NCBI GenBank assembly: GCA_965644295.1
Contig: CBFFRP010000182.1
Span: 248,001 to 312,000, forward strand
Length of the DNA: 64,000 nucleotides
Reading direction: 5' to 3'
Origin: Paraphysomonas bandaiensis
Lineage: Eukaryota; Protista; Chrysophyceae
The notes beneath the pieces are model-generated. The model was not told the origin of the DNA and did not search any database. It worked only from the letters and a program-made list of their open reading frames with translations. This document shows positions 10,219 through 21,688 of this stretch, one piece after another; position 1 is the first letter of the stretch; each line of letters begins with the position of its first letter. Position numbers and translations under genes: made by a program.

Positions 10219-11694
10219 GCAGCTCGCTCCTCCTAACTGCTATCTTGATGTGATTGCAGCACACATACCGAACATACTTATAAGCGAGCAGATTATCGTG
10301 AAAATTGAACCATATGTCCAGAGATACAATACCATTGTACTCGCTAAAGAGATGATCAAATGGAAGGTACCGTAAAATCATGTAATCAGTACGTACAGTC
10401 ATGACAGGTGATATATAGGTCCTTCTTCCAGACAGAGACGGTATATGGCAACCCATAGTCACCATTAAATGGGAAAGGACATATGAACCACACCGAGGCA
10501 TAGAATAACGGTAGAGAAGCAGTAGAGACATCCATCTGACTGCAGGAAAAACACGTACTATAGGTGGTTATAGAAGCTATATATGTGCATTTACAGGCCA
10601 CTGGTTGAATATAGAGCCATGTACACGTATATACCATATATTAGGGTAAGGATACAACATATATATATATTCTGTAGAAGGGTCACAACCTATACATATA
10701 TGTGTGGGTGAAAGAGAGAAACTAGGTTAGTATGTACGCATATATACATGTATACATTCACACTGTAATAATAATAACTCTTCAAAAGAATTATATATAT
10801 ATCACAGCCCAGCATATAGAATAGAAGATAGTGCTGATGATTATAAACCTGCTTTAAACCTGCACAGGTTTACACAGCTCTAAACTGGAAACTCTTCGAC
10901 CTGTCGAGCATAATCGATAGCACTCCATCTATCTCATGAGGAAACACTCTCATCAAATGTAGGCTTATTGATGCGACTCCTCATCACTCGCACCCCCATC
11001 GATAGCACTGCACCCCCATCCACACAATCAGACACATTACTGAATCACCGTGCTCACACTCTGCACATGGGTAGACATCATTCTGATAATTATATGGGTC
11101 TCTTCAGAGGGTTCATACATTCATCAACCACTATACACACTTCAACGTCAGTCATCTTTTCCGTCTACTTTTTCTGTCTTATGTTCGTATGAAAAAACCC
11201 GATTTTCATAAATAATACTGGTTTTATATCCTATATACTGTATGTTTCTACTGTACACAGCAGTATCACTCGAGCCCTACAAGTCGTATGGACTCCTGCT
11301 CCTCCGTCCAGTTCCATTCCAATGGTCACACTTCAGCAGTTGTTTCCAACTACCATCCGCTACCATGACAAGATATGACACAATTGGATGATTTACTAAG
11401 TTAACTGGACGAGTATTCACTCATGAATCAAGTTAATATAAGAGAAGGTTATAATAAATATAATAAACATTATATCACGTTATCTCTACTACCATTCCAG
11501 TAGGATCTTATATCGTCACTATCTTCTTGTATGGTCAATATATATTCAGTTCTCATCACTTCTCATAATCAGTTAACCACTACTGTATTCTCCAGTAACC
11601 ATCTTATTCATAATTCCAATGTCTTAGAATTACAGCTTTTAATTGCTTAAACAGCAAAACTCAACAGGGCCCACCTGAAGAAGAACCGGGGTAT

Positions 11695-11822
11695 TGGGCT
11701 GGGGAAATATTATTCAACCTAGTCAAATTGGTTGAATTACCTAGTCACGCTATTTTTGGTGGAATAACCTAGTCAAAGTAATAAATGACTCAACCTAGTC
11801 AACTTTGGTATTCAACCTAGTC
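11695..11822. repeat. Five copies of ACCTAGTC following a GGGCTGGG end; DNA-transposon subterminal-like repeat
   Basis: Direct observation of the repeated (TCA)ACCTAGTC motif. The transposon assignment is inference. Confidence 0.5.
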
Positions 11823-12282
11823 GTTCTTGTATCCATTGATTACACACTGTGACTGTCTAAGATACCATCTCACACCACACAATATATTAGTGGCTTACAG
11901 AGCATCAAAACAAACACTCAAACATAACAATAAGCTCATATATACATATCTACATACACAGGTGTACGTGTATGTCTATCTAGCCTATCTGTAGCATGTA
12001 TGTATATAGCGATGGGTCCCTGTGAGTGTTATGGGGAGGAGGGTCCATGAAGCTGTGGGTATAACTCACTCTATGATCCGCAGGTCATCTTGAGATCCTC
12101 ATATGCTGTGAGTGATGGCGCTCATCTTCCTTCACTTCAGCACTGAATGACTTCGATTGCTGCATATTGGCTTTCAGAGGTGCATAAATCTCCCTATTTT
12201 TAGTCCAACGAAGAAAAACAGGAGGTTTTCAGGGAACAAACTTCTAAAAGCAGCATCATTGAAGTGGACGACTGTAGAGCAG

Positions 12283-12361
12283 CATCAGTCTTACAGTATC
12301 ATGAGCGTGTCATCAGTCTTACAGTATCATGAGTGTGTCATCAGTCTTACAGTATCATGAG
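12283..12361. repeat. 28-bp tandem repeat, ~2.8 copies (CATCAGTCTTACAGTATCATGAGYGTGT)
   Basis: Units start at 12283, 12311 and 12339. Confidence 0.9.
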
Positions 12362-12948
12362 CTGCCTGTGCTGAAGTCAAGCGTCCGGGCTGTTCACCTT
12401 GAGGACTCAAAAATCCTGACGTCAGCAGATGTTAGATACTGCTTGTTCACTACGTTTTCTTTGTGTGATAGAGCGTGAGTGATTGCAACTTGGTGTTGGT
12501 GGTGACACACACAAGCAGCTTTCGTAGTGATAAATGGTAGGATATTAGAGTAAAGCTCTAGTTGGTTAAATTAATGCTAAATTAGTTCCCACTCTTACAC
12601 GCCTATTGCTAATAATAAGATATTTACTACTAGCCAGTCTGTTCTCTAGTGAGTGGTTGACTACTATTTTCATCGCTATACTAGATGTACTTGCAAGCAT
12701 AACAGTTGTACGATGATACAGATTATCCATGATAAGTACTAATATTAATTAAGAAGCTTCACGTGTGTATTAGTTACGGTTACTGTAATATAAAATATAA
12801 CAGTAACGACTATCGACCACTCTATAAACCAATGTATGTTTTGCTAATAACAAGACATTCACTAACGATATTTCAGTTTCAAGCAATATAGCATATAGTT
12901 TGCTTTTCTTCCAACATTGGTGTGAGCGCCCTTTCATACCAATAATGA

Positions 12949-15003
12949 CTATCCTGGAGAAGTCGTGGATATCCTGTGAGCCCGCATTCTTTCTTCAAGC
13001 TCGGCTTTAACCACTTCCACCTCATGAGGCTTAAACAGAATATGCTCGTGATCGAAAGAACCCACTCGTCTGCGAAGATGGGAATGCTCATACTCATCCG
13101 CATTGATACCATCAAGCTCCATTATTCTTCGTTTAGCTCGTTTAGGAACCCTACCCCTCAAAAAATGTCCACGAGGTAGCACACGACTACAACCCATGTC
13201 CCGGATAATGTCATCCATTGTCTTACCATCATAGTGCTCAATACTAGAGTTTCGAATACGAAGAATCTCATCTCGCATCCTCAGAAGCGCCTTGCTCCAA
13301 ATAGCCATCAATATCATAATACCATTATTTGATGGCAAGATTTCATCTACATCGAAGCGGTCATTATAGGCCTGTACTCTTGATTCGGAGTGTAGTCTTG
13401 ATTCAGCGGAAGGACGACAACATGCATTAACAAGATCAGTCACTCTTTTCATAATTTTATGCAAAGTTTTCTGGTTGTTAACATGTATACTAATTTTGTT
13501 TTCTTTTGTTTTTTCTTGTGATTCTTTTTGTGTTAAGTATTTCGTCATTATTATCTCAGGAATAAAATTCTTATATTCAGCCCTCAGAATTATTCGATAT
13601 TTCCCATCATATCTGAAGAGCTCAGCTTCGCTCCATTTCTGTGTTTTGGTCCTAGTGGGGAGCTTGTTAAAATGAGTGCACACGATCTCGATGTCCTCAT
13701 CATCGATACAACATATTTCGCCCTTACTGTTTCTTATATGAGAGTGACCGTTACCTCCTCGTTCCACATTTGCTGTATTCTGATTTCTGTAGCCGGGAGT
13801 ATAGCTGTCAGAAAATTTACGCTTCTTGTTTTTGATGTTACGAGGGTGACAGTTTCCTCCGCCTTCCGAATTTGCTAAAGCCTGTATTCTGTGAGCCCGC
13901 ATTCTTTCTTCAAGCTCGGCTTTAACCACTTCCACCTCATGAGGCTTAAACAGAATATGCTCGTGATCGAAAGAACCCACTCGTCTGCGAAGATGGGAAT
14001 GCTCATACTCATCCGCATTGATACCATCAAGCTCCATTATTCTTCGTTTAGCTCGTTTAGGAACCCTACCCCTCAAAAAATGTCCACGACGTAGCACATT
14101 GTCAAGTTCCATGTCCCGGATAATGTCATCCATTGTCTTACCATCATAGTGCTCAATACTAGAGTTTCGAATACGAAGAATCTCATCTCGCATCCTCAGA
14201 AGCGCCTTGCTCCAAATAGCCATCAATATCATAATACCATTATTTGATGGCAAGATTTCATCTACATCGAAGCGGTCATTATAGGCCTGTACTCTTGATT
14301 CGGAGTGTAGTCTTGATTCAGCGGAAGGACGACAACATGCATTAACAAGATCAGTCACTCTTTTCATAATTTTTTTTAAAGTTTTCTGGTTGTTAACATG
14401 TTTACGAATTTCTTTTTGTGCTAAGTATTTCGTCATTATTATCTCAGGAATAAAATTCTTATATTCAGCCCTCAGAATTATTCGATATTTCCCATCATAT
14501 CTGAAGAGCTCAGCTTCGCTCCATTTCTGTGTTTTGGTCCTAGTGGGGAGCTTGTTAAAATGAGTGCACACGATCTCGATGTCCTCATCATCGATACAAC
14601 ATATTTCGCCCTTACTGTTTCCTATATGAGAGTGACCGTTATTTCCTCCTATCCCATTTACTACGTCCTGATTTACAGCAACGGGAGTATCATTATTATC
14701 ACTTGCTTCAGCAACTTGATTTATTGCATCCTGATCTACGTCATCCTGAGAATCACTCACGGAGCCATTACCTCTGTAGAGTGAGGGGGATTCATTGTCA
14801 GCCCCTTCATAAGAAGAAGCACTCATGGAGCCATCACCTCTGCCAAGAAAGTGACAGTTAGAATCAATCTTATCATAATACTCAAGATCAGAGTCAAACT
14901 TAGATTCGGCATTAACGTCCCACTTATAGTCAGAAATGATATTGTAACACCCTTCATACACGCTAGTGGGAAAACCATGCATCTCATTAGAAGAAGCACT
15001 CAT
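12949..15003 (-). CDS. Family-X protein, copy C: two near-identical tandem domains
   Basis: 684-aa intronless ORF with 915-bp repeat spacing. Flanks 12881-12948 and 15004-15370 are paralogous to 1-72 and ~1965-2380. Confidence 0.85.
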   Translation of the reverse strand: MSASSNEMHGFPTSVYEGCYNIISDYKWDVNAESKFDSDLEYYDKIDSNCHFLGRGDGSMSASSYEGADNESPSLYRGNGSVSDSQDDVDQDAINQVAEASDNNDTPVAVNQDVVNGIGGNNGHSHIGNSKGEICCIDDEDIEIVCTHFNKLPTRTKTQKWSEAELFRYDGKYRIILRAEYKNFIPEIIMTKYLAQKEIRKHVNNQKTLKKIMKRVTDLVNACCRPSAESRLHSESRVQAYNDRFDVDEILPSNNGIMILMAIWSKALLRMRDEILRIRNSSIEHYDGKTMDDIIRDMELDNVLRRGHFLRGRVPKRAKRRIMELDGINADEYEHSHLRRRVGSFDHEHILFKPHEVEVVKAELEERMRAHRIQALANSEGGGNCHPRNIKNKKRKFSDSYTPGYRNQNTANVERGGNGHSHIRNSKGEICCIDDEDIEIVCTHFNKLPTRTKTQKWSEAELFRYDGKYRIILRAEYKNFIPEIIMTKYLTQKESQEKTKENKISIHVNNQKTLHKIMKRVTDLVNACCRPSAESRLHSESRVQAYNDRFDVDEILPSNNGIMILMAIWSKALLRMRDEILRIRNSSIEHYDGKTMDDIIRDMGCSRVLPRGHFLRGRVPKRAKRRIMELDGINADEYEHSHLRRRVGSFDHEHILFKPHEVEVVKAELEERMRAHRISTTSPG

Positions 15004-15969
15004 GTATGATAGTTTAAGAACTAGCTTGTGTCTGTGTCAGTATACTGCAGAGTGCAGAGTGCTGAGTGCTGATTGCTGCAGAGATATGTGCATATACCAT
15101 ACTACGAAGTACTAGTGGGACTGTCCACTTTTTGGGTGATCTTCCTCAACATACTACGGATACAGCAGAGGGGTAGCTAGATATCCGGATATCTACAGCA
15201 GATCTTACAAAATTCAGAAACTTTTAGAGCTAAAAATAGGATTTTGTAAACCAATGAAAATCAAAATCTACTTTTACGAAATAGATAACTTACTTTTTCA
15301 ATACTTCATGTCAAATACTGTGCTTTTCAACATCTCGTAGTATATAATACATTTTGTGTACATGCACATACTGCTGTACAGTCACTTCGCGTTATGGTGG
15401 ACGACATATGGTGGATATGCTCGTTATAGTGGATGAATTTAGGCTTGGTACGGGGATTTTATGCAAAAATCCCCGATTTATATATAAACTTATAGTTTTA
15501 AATGAAAATCCCTATTTTGGTTGATTGCTGTGAAAAATTGGCAGGCAATATACAGAAAAGTACAATTACTCATATGTAACACACATTCATTACATATACA
15601 TACATTACTGCATCTGTTCGTGTGCTGTATGTAGCGATGTCAGATGAATGCAGCATCAGTACCAAGCGCAAGTTATCGCTGAGTAGATCTCGGATGTGCA
15701 GAAATGTAATTTTGTGAAAGAATATAAAGAGGGTCATTTCAAATACCTCAACCAATTCGTTGCGTACAAGAAGAACATATTCAGCACTAAATAATTGGAT
15801 TAAAGACTGGAATGATGGGACACTGAAGGTTGAAAATTGCACAGGCCGCAAGAAGGAAGGGTTCATTTCCTGAGGTGGAGAGTAAACTTGTTGAGTACAT
15901 TAATTTTCGCCAGGAGCACTACAAAGTAGATAAATGCGGGTTGAGCTGGCTCTTTCTGCAGCAGAAGGC

Positions 15970-16780
15970 TAAGGACTATGCAAACAATATATTGCAATAC
16001 TATTGTTAGAGAGCGTTCAATCAATACTATTGATGGACATTTTAAGCAGGCCCAACAATACAATATAGTGCAATATATTGTCACTGTTTTGCAATATATT
16101 AGTATGACTAATCAGTAAGTAAACACATCCGTAGATTTAATTTTTAGTATTAGTCATTAAGATCAAATGACAACCAAACCAAAACTACTGCTTATAGCTA
16201 TTAAAAATCCACCTCGTCCTCATCCTCTGAGCCATCATCGGTGACGTCAACATCACCATATTCATCCACAGAATTAATTGAAATATGCTAGTATCCAGCC
16301 ACAACTGTCGAATAGCTTTCAGAAACAACAGCATATTAAGTAGGATGAATACTTTTGCGCAACACTGATATTTTATGTTTAGCTCCGCTGAACAGACGCT
16401 CCCATGTATTGGAATTTCCAATTTGGAAGTACATACCAGGGTCTGGTAACCGTTAATGACTCGTGGACCTGTACGTTTCTTAATTTTTTGAGCTGACTGA
16501 AGATTTTTATTTGCATAGTCAACATCAGCTTCATCATCCTCTGTAATGTTGTATTTATTTATTTATCAATTTCTCGGTTATTTGTATCCATATTGCACCC
16601 TACAGTTGAGAATCTTCTCTGATATGACTATCATAATATTGATTGCAATATATTGCAATATATTGTAAGGTACTTTAACAGAAGCAATATTGATGGGATT
16701 TTTGGCCGGTCGACAAATCAATATACTTTACAATATATTGTACATTGTATTGCAATTCAATATATTTTTTCCTAGCCCTG
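15970..16780. mobile_element. Degenerate non-autonomous hAT-like element with CAATATATTG subterminal repeats
   Basis: Left end TAAGGACTATGCAAACAATATATTGCAATAC versus right end (reverse complement) CAGGGCTAGGAAAAAAATATATTGAATTGCAATAC. Many CAATATATTG palindromes at both ends. No TSD seen. Confidence 0.55.
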
Positions 16781-16887
16781 CTATCACGTAATAACAAGGC
16801 TTTTTACATAATTATTTATCTGTAGTGCGATAATAGAAAGTTTTCCAAACTAAAGTGTGGAATACGATATTTTAAACATTTACTTAT

Positions 16888-16978
16888 GGGTTTTCAGTAG
16901 AAAACCATGGTTTTACAAGACAAAACTGTGTTTTGTAGAAAAAAACTGGGTTTTTCCAGCAAAAACCCGGGTTTTCTA
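16888..16978. repeat. Array of AAAAC(N)GTTTT palindromes (MITE/transposon subterminal-like)
   Basis: AAAACCATGGTTTT, AAAACTGTGTTTT, AAAACTGGGTTTT and AAAACCCGGGTTTT spaced ~20 bp apart. Confidence 0.6.
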
Positions 16979-17075
16979 ATCGTGGATGGTGCCGTTGTGG
17001 TGGACAGTATGGCTTAAGGCACTGCATCATATGCTCTCTCTATATATTCCTCCTTAGTCCAGACTCTTTCCATAC

Positions 17076-17359
17076 TGCCCCATTCTGAGCGCGTACTTAG
17101 GTAGAGCCGGGTGGGGGCCGGGTGGGTACCTAACTAATACTTGATTTAAGTCCCATACGTTATTTGCTCGCTACCTACTGAACCCAACTAGCTACATCAT
17201 TATCACACGGTATTCAGCGCTGAATATGCAATGAGACCCCGAGTGGGGAACCGCTGAACTGAGCAATGTGTACATAGAGAGAAGTGTGCGGTCGCAACAC
17301 TCAGCTGCACCCACTAGGGGGCCGCACGCAGTGATTAGTTACGCTGTCAGTATGGAGCA
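17076..17359. mobile_element. ~284-bp MITE; second, interrupted copy in reverse orientation at 52591-53431
   Basis: TIR-like ends TGCCCCATTCTGAGCGCGTA and (revcomp) TGCTCCATACTGACAGCGTA. The internal sequence aligns by eye with the reverse complement of 52591-52842 plus 53401-53431. Confidence 0.7.
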
Positions 17360-17984
17360 AGCTTGACCCATATTTTCAACAAAGTCCACATCAATCTCAA
17401 ATGTTATATAATCTTCTTTTTTCCTAGAGGTTACCTCTAATGTTTTGAAATCAATCTTTCGAAATCTAAAACATCCAGATGAGTACATTCTCTGGTGCCC
17501 CCACAATTATAAATAGCCAGTAGTACAGACACAATTCTTAGGATAACAAGCTACTAATATTCCTACACCTACTAAAGTACACACGAATTAGATATGGTAG
17601 GGTCTCTAACAGACCTGGTGTCCTATCTACAAGCGAATAAATTTCGTGGATGGACACAATAACTAATTATATTATAACATTATAACTAGCAAAATGTTTC
17701 AACCAATCCTTCAAAAAGCAATAACAAAATCAATAATATGCCTCCGGTTTGGTATCAGTAGGATGGTAAGCACGCAACCGCAGCTTATACGTACTACCTC
17801 GAAAATTATGGGGACATACTGATTAGGGGTGTCATCATAGGCATGACACTTAAAACTGAACTATTCCTCATAATATGAGTGTCTTCCACCTTATACGCAC
17901 GGGATATTTAAGCCGGTATACCCTTTAGGGGTATACCACCACACACATGATTTATGGTGTGCCGGCTCTAAGTGCGTGTGTTTA

Positions 17985-18760
17985 TTAGTGAGGTCTATGA
18001 AACCCTAACACGGCCCCGGAGTCGGCTGAATATTCACTTATTTTATCGTACTCGGTGTGGTTTGAGTGAGGACCTTTCTTGACTTTTCCATTTCTTTCAG
18101 TGGTTCTTGAGTGGTCCACGACAATAAAAAATTCCCTTTGTGTTCGAAGGGGTATCTCACTACTCACAATATTCTCAAACTTAGTCAACATTCCTTGCTG
18201 ACGACATCTCTGTAAAAAGTCGAAAAAATTATCCAGCTGTTCCGTGTCTCCTTCAAAATAAATCCTGATGTCATAATGATGACACCGCTGGATAGACCCA
18301 GTTACACCCAATTCCATTGCCTTGTCAACAACGTACTTACGAAATCCCCTGTAGCCTGCCAGTGATGCCAGTGCACCATTCGCATGTTTTAACATCATTT
18401 CATAACAATACAATTTCTGAGGAGGTTGAGGCTGTTGAACACGGTCAAATACAGAGGATACAGGAGCAGGTGGATTTTGAAACCCTGCAGCAGAAGTGAG
18501 CAGAATATAGTGTAGATAGATGAGTGAGGTGTGAGAATACAGTGTACATTAATAGGATTACCTGACTGAGGTTGCTGCTGTTCCAGTTTCTCCCGTCGAA
18601 TAGCATACAAATCATGAAGATTCCTTCTACTCTCAGTGATGACAGCGAGAAGAAGGTCTCTCCTCCCTTCTGCAGTGGCACTGCTATACTCGCTTCGATA
18701 GTCCGCAATCTCCGCTTTTAGCGCAGTGATATCCTCCTCAATATCTGCAATAGAGAACAT
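17985..18760 (-). CDS. Two-exon gene: N-terminal helical/coiled-coil header plus acylphosphatase-like domain
   Basis: Exon 1 18760-18562 (MFSIADIEEDITALKAEI...QQPQS). 77-nt GT..CAG intron 18561-18485. Exon 2 18484-17985 is in frame (G-FQNPP...). GYRGFRKYVVDKAMELGVTGSIQR...IYFEGDTEQLDNFFDFL resembles the acylphosphatase consensus GVGFR......A..LGLTGWV.N.....EG.... Confidence 0.7.
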
Positions 18761-20090
18761 CCTCTGAACTCGTATGCTAATGAGTCTGCTCTGAGTGTTG
18801 TCCTCATTATTCAATCTGTCATGTTCATGTGACTGCAGTGCAGTCTGATGTGAAGAGTGAAGGAGTGTGTTCTGATTGCTCTCTGGGCGGGTGCGTGTTT
18901 GTGTGGGGAGTTTTTTTACTAACTTTCGACCTGATTTTTTCGTGAGAAAATGGCGAAAAAGTTGGTGAAAAACTCCATTTATTGTGTTTGCGTTTAACTC
19001 ACCAACTCACTCTTACACACACATACAGAATTCCCACAGACACAGTTGGCATCAAAAGTCCGATTTTTGATGAAAAGTCCAAAAATGTCTCATATTTATG
19101 TCATTTCAGTGACATTGAAATACAATTAACACAACACTTGAACTGACCCGACACTGGACACTTCTAGACTTATCATTCTATGGCAATCATGGACCACTTG
19201 ACACGAATATGCAACCAAATTTTTATTTCATACACTGCTTCTCTCAATATCACAAGGTGTCTTATATCGCTCCAATTCATCGAGTACCCCTCACATCCGG
19301 CCCCATTTCTCAAAATCCCTACATTGAATTTTCATCATGAAGATCTTAAAAGGTTTGTATACTGACGGGCTCTCGCATATATGAGTGCTGTGCAATTCCT
19401 ACGACTTGTTTTTGAATAATGTCTGATTTGTTTTCATTCAGTGACTCGTTTATGTGATTACAAAAAACGTCGCAAAAAGAACCGACAAGACGCCATAGAC
19501 GAGCTCCAGGCAGCTAAATTTGCAAAAGCACAGTCGAAAGACAGTTATGGATCTGATGTTGACCTCAATAATGACTTTAAATCGTGTAAGGTTAAGCAGT
19601 GTGAACCAGTACTGCTGAGAGAAAAATATTTCTCGAAGAGTGCTCTCAGGTAGCTGTTTTTGTCTATCTATGCGTTCATACATATTTATGAGGAACAATC
19701 TACCTTATAGGACGTAGACAAATGGTAATTGTAGCTATTCGGGTCTAGAATTGGAAGAATGAAGCGCGTGTGTTCGTTCTGGCTGGCCAGGCGTATGAGG
19801 AAGCTGTTACTGTGATCTTGTCCACTTCTGTGCCCTACGGGGATTATATAGAGACACGAAGGAGTATAAATAGTGTCAACATTCAAGGGAGCAAGTTTCT
19901 TAAGCAGTTCATGATAACCTCACGGATAATGTCACTCTACCTAAAGTCCAAATAAGACAACGCAAACAAGAACTAGATAGTACTACCTACATATATGTTG
20001 CTGAATTCTTATTAATAACTGGAATTATTAACTTCTATTTCTACATACTCCACTCTCTTGAATTTGTAGACGTAGCTAGCTAGGCTGTGG

Positions 20091-20139
20091 CAGGGTCACT
20101 CAAAAATATTGGATTGCAATATATTATTGACTGGCCCTG
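20091..20139. mobile_element. 49-bp hAT-type micro-MITE with perfect 8-bp TSD
   Basis: Ends CAGGGTCACTCAA / TTGACTGGCCCTG (11/13 inverted match); flanked on both sides by GGCTGTGG (20083-20090, 20140-20147). Confidence 0.85.
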
Positions 20140-20269
20140 GGCTGTGGTATCACGATAGGTGATAGCAGGCAGTGGTTGCATAAAATCGTTTGATTGTACT
20201 ATCAGCTATACGACTATGCGATATATATTATGCAGCACAAACTATTTTTATTATAGTAATAGTATAGTC

Positions 20270-21209
20270 GCCGTGGGCGTCATGTTCAGTAGTGGCACCA
20301 AAAGCCAGGCCTCCCTACATAAGATTCTGTGGGGACTATGTGCAAATAAATAAGCACACGGAAGTAGGGAATCATACCATCCCCAATGTCAGGCACGAGA
20401 TACAGAAGATCAAAAACTTTCCTTTATACATGGATATTGACCTGACTAATGTGTTCCATCAAGTAGCTTTGCATGAAGAAACCTCGGAAATACTGTCCAT
20501 CCAAACACCGTGGGGACAGTTCGCTCCAAAGTTTATGCCTGAAGGAATTGCACCAGCCACTGGAATTCTTCAAGAGGTTGTAAGAGATTTGTTTTCGGAT
20601 TTCAGCGACTGGGCCATTGTAATTTTTGATAATATGTTGATCTTAGCCGAGGATGCCGCGGATGCATACAGAAAGTTCGAAATGATAATTGACCGGTGCA
20701 TTGAACGTAACGTAAAGCTCAAGATGCCTAAGAGTTGGCTTGGATTTCGGGAAGTGAATTTCTTTGGCTACGTGTGGAGACATATATCTTATGAGGTTAG
20801 TCCGGACAAAAAAGAAGCTTTGGCTAACATTCCAATGCCTACGAGTCTAAGACTGCCAGGAGCTTATTAGGAAAGGGAGTTTTCTTCTCAGGATTCACAC
20901 CTAGATACTCTGACTTGGTAGGTCACCTTCAGACATGACCAAGAAAACTTTCAGCTGGAACAAATCTACATGGAAGCATGATTATGAAGAAGAGTATCAA
21001 AGATTCATAAAGGGTCTGCAAGATGCCTGTGAGTTGTTTTAGAATTCGATAGAATGGATTCTTTGAACTGATGCTAGCGAGCTAGGAGTAGGAGCAGTAT
21101 TATTACAGAAGAAAATATTAGATGATGGTACTGTTCAGTTACAACCAATAGCATTTATATCGAAAAGTTTTCAACGCAAGCATAACGACGGGCTACGATA
21201 GAGCAAGAA
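20270..21209 (+). pseudogene. Ty3/Gypsy RT-RNase H fragment (degenerate)
   Basis: RFCGDY..IN, DIDL...FHQ, TPWGQF...MPEGI, VIFDNMLI, NFFGY. Downstream frameshifted RNase H TDASELGVGAVLLQ...QPIAFISK. Confidence 0.9.
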
Positions 21210-21631
21210 CTCATAAGATATATGTCTCCACACGTAGCCAAAGAAATTCACTTCCCGAAATCCAAGCCAACTCTTAGGCATCTTGAGCTTTACGTTACGT
21301 TCAATGCACCGGTCAATTATCATTTCGAACTTTCTGTATGCATCCGCGGCATCCTCGGCTAAGATCAACATATTATCAAAAATTACAATGGCCCAGTCGC
21401 TGAAATCCGAAAACAAATCTCTTACAACCTCTTGAAGAATTCCAGTGGCTGGTGCAATTCCTTCAGGCATAAACTTTGGAGCGAACTGTCCCCACGGTGT
21501 TTGGATGGACAGTATTTCCGAGGTTTCTTCATGCAAAGCTACTTGATGGAACGTATTAGTCAGGTCAATATCCATGTATAAAGGAAAGTTTTTGATCTTC
21601 TGTATCTCGTGCCTGACATTGGGGATGGTAT
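21210..21631 (-). repeat. Inverted duplication of Gypsy RT segment 20374-20795 (422 bp, ~2 mismatches seen)
   Basis: The reverse complement matches 20374-20795; ORF 21171..21575 (-) repeats the same RT peptide. Confidence 0.95.
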
Positions 21632-21688
21632 CTGTACTACACCAACCATATCTAGTACGATCTTACATCGTCACTATTTTGTACAGTC

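Noticed and set aside
12283-12361. 28-bp repeats of CRISPR-like length
   Set aside because: Head-to-tail with no spacers; a simple minisatellite.
17819-17885. Hammerhead-ribozyme-like CTGATTAG-stem-TAAAAC
   Set aside because: Core nucleotides deviate from CUGAUGA/GAAA, and stems I and III cannot be formed convincingly.
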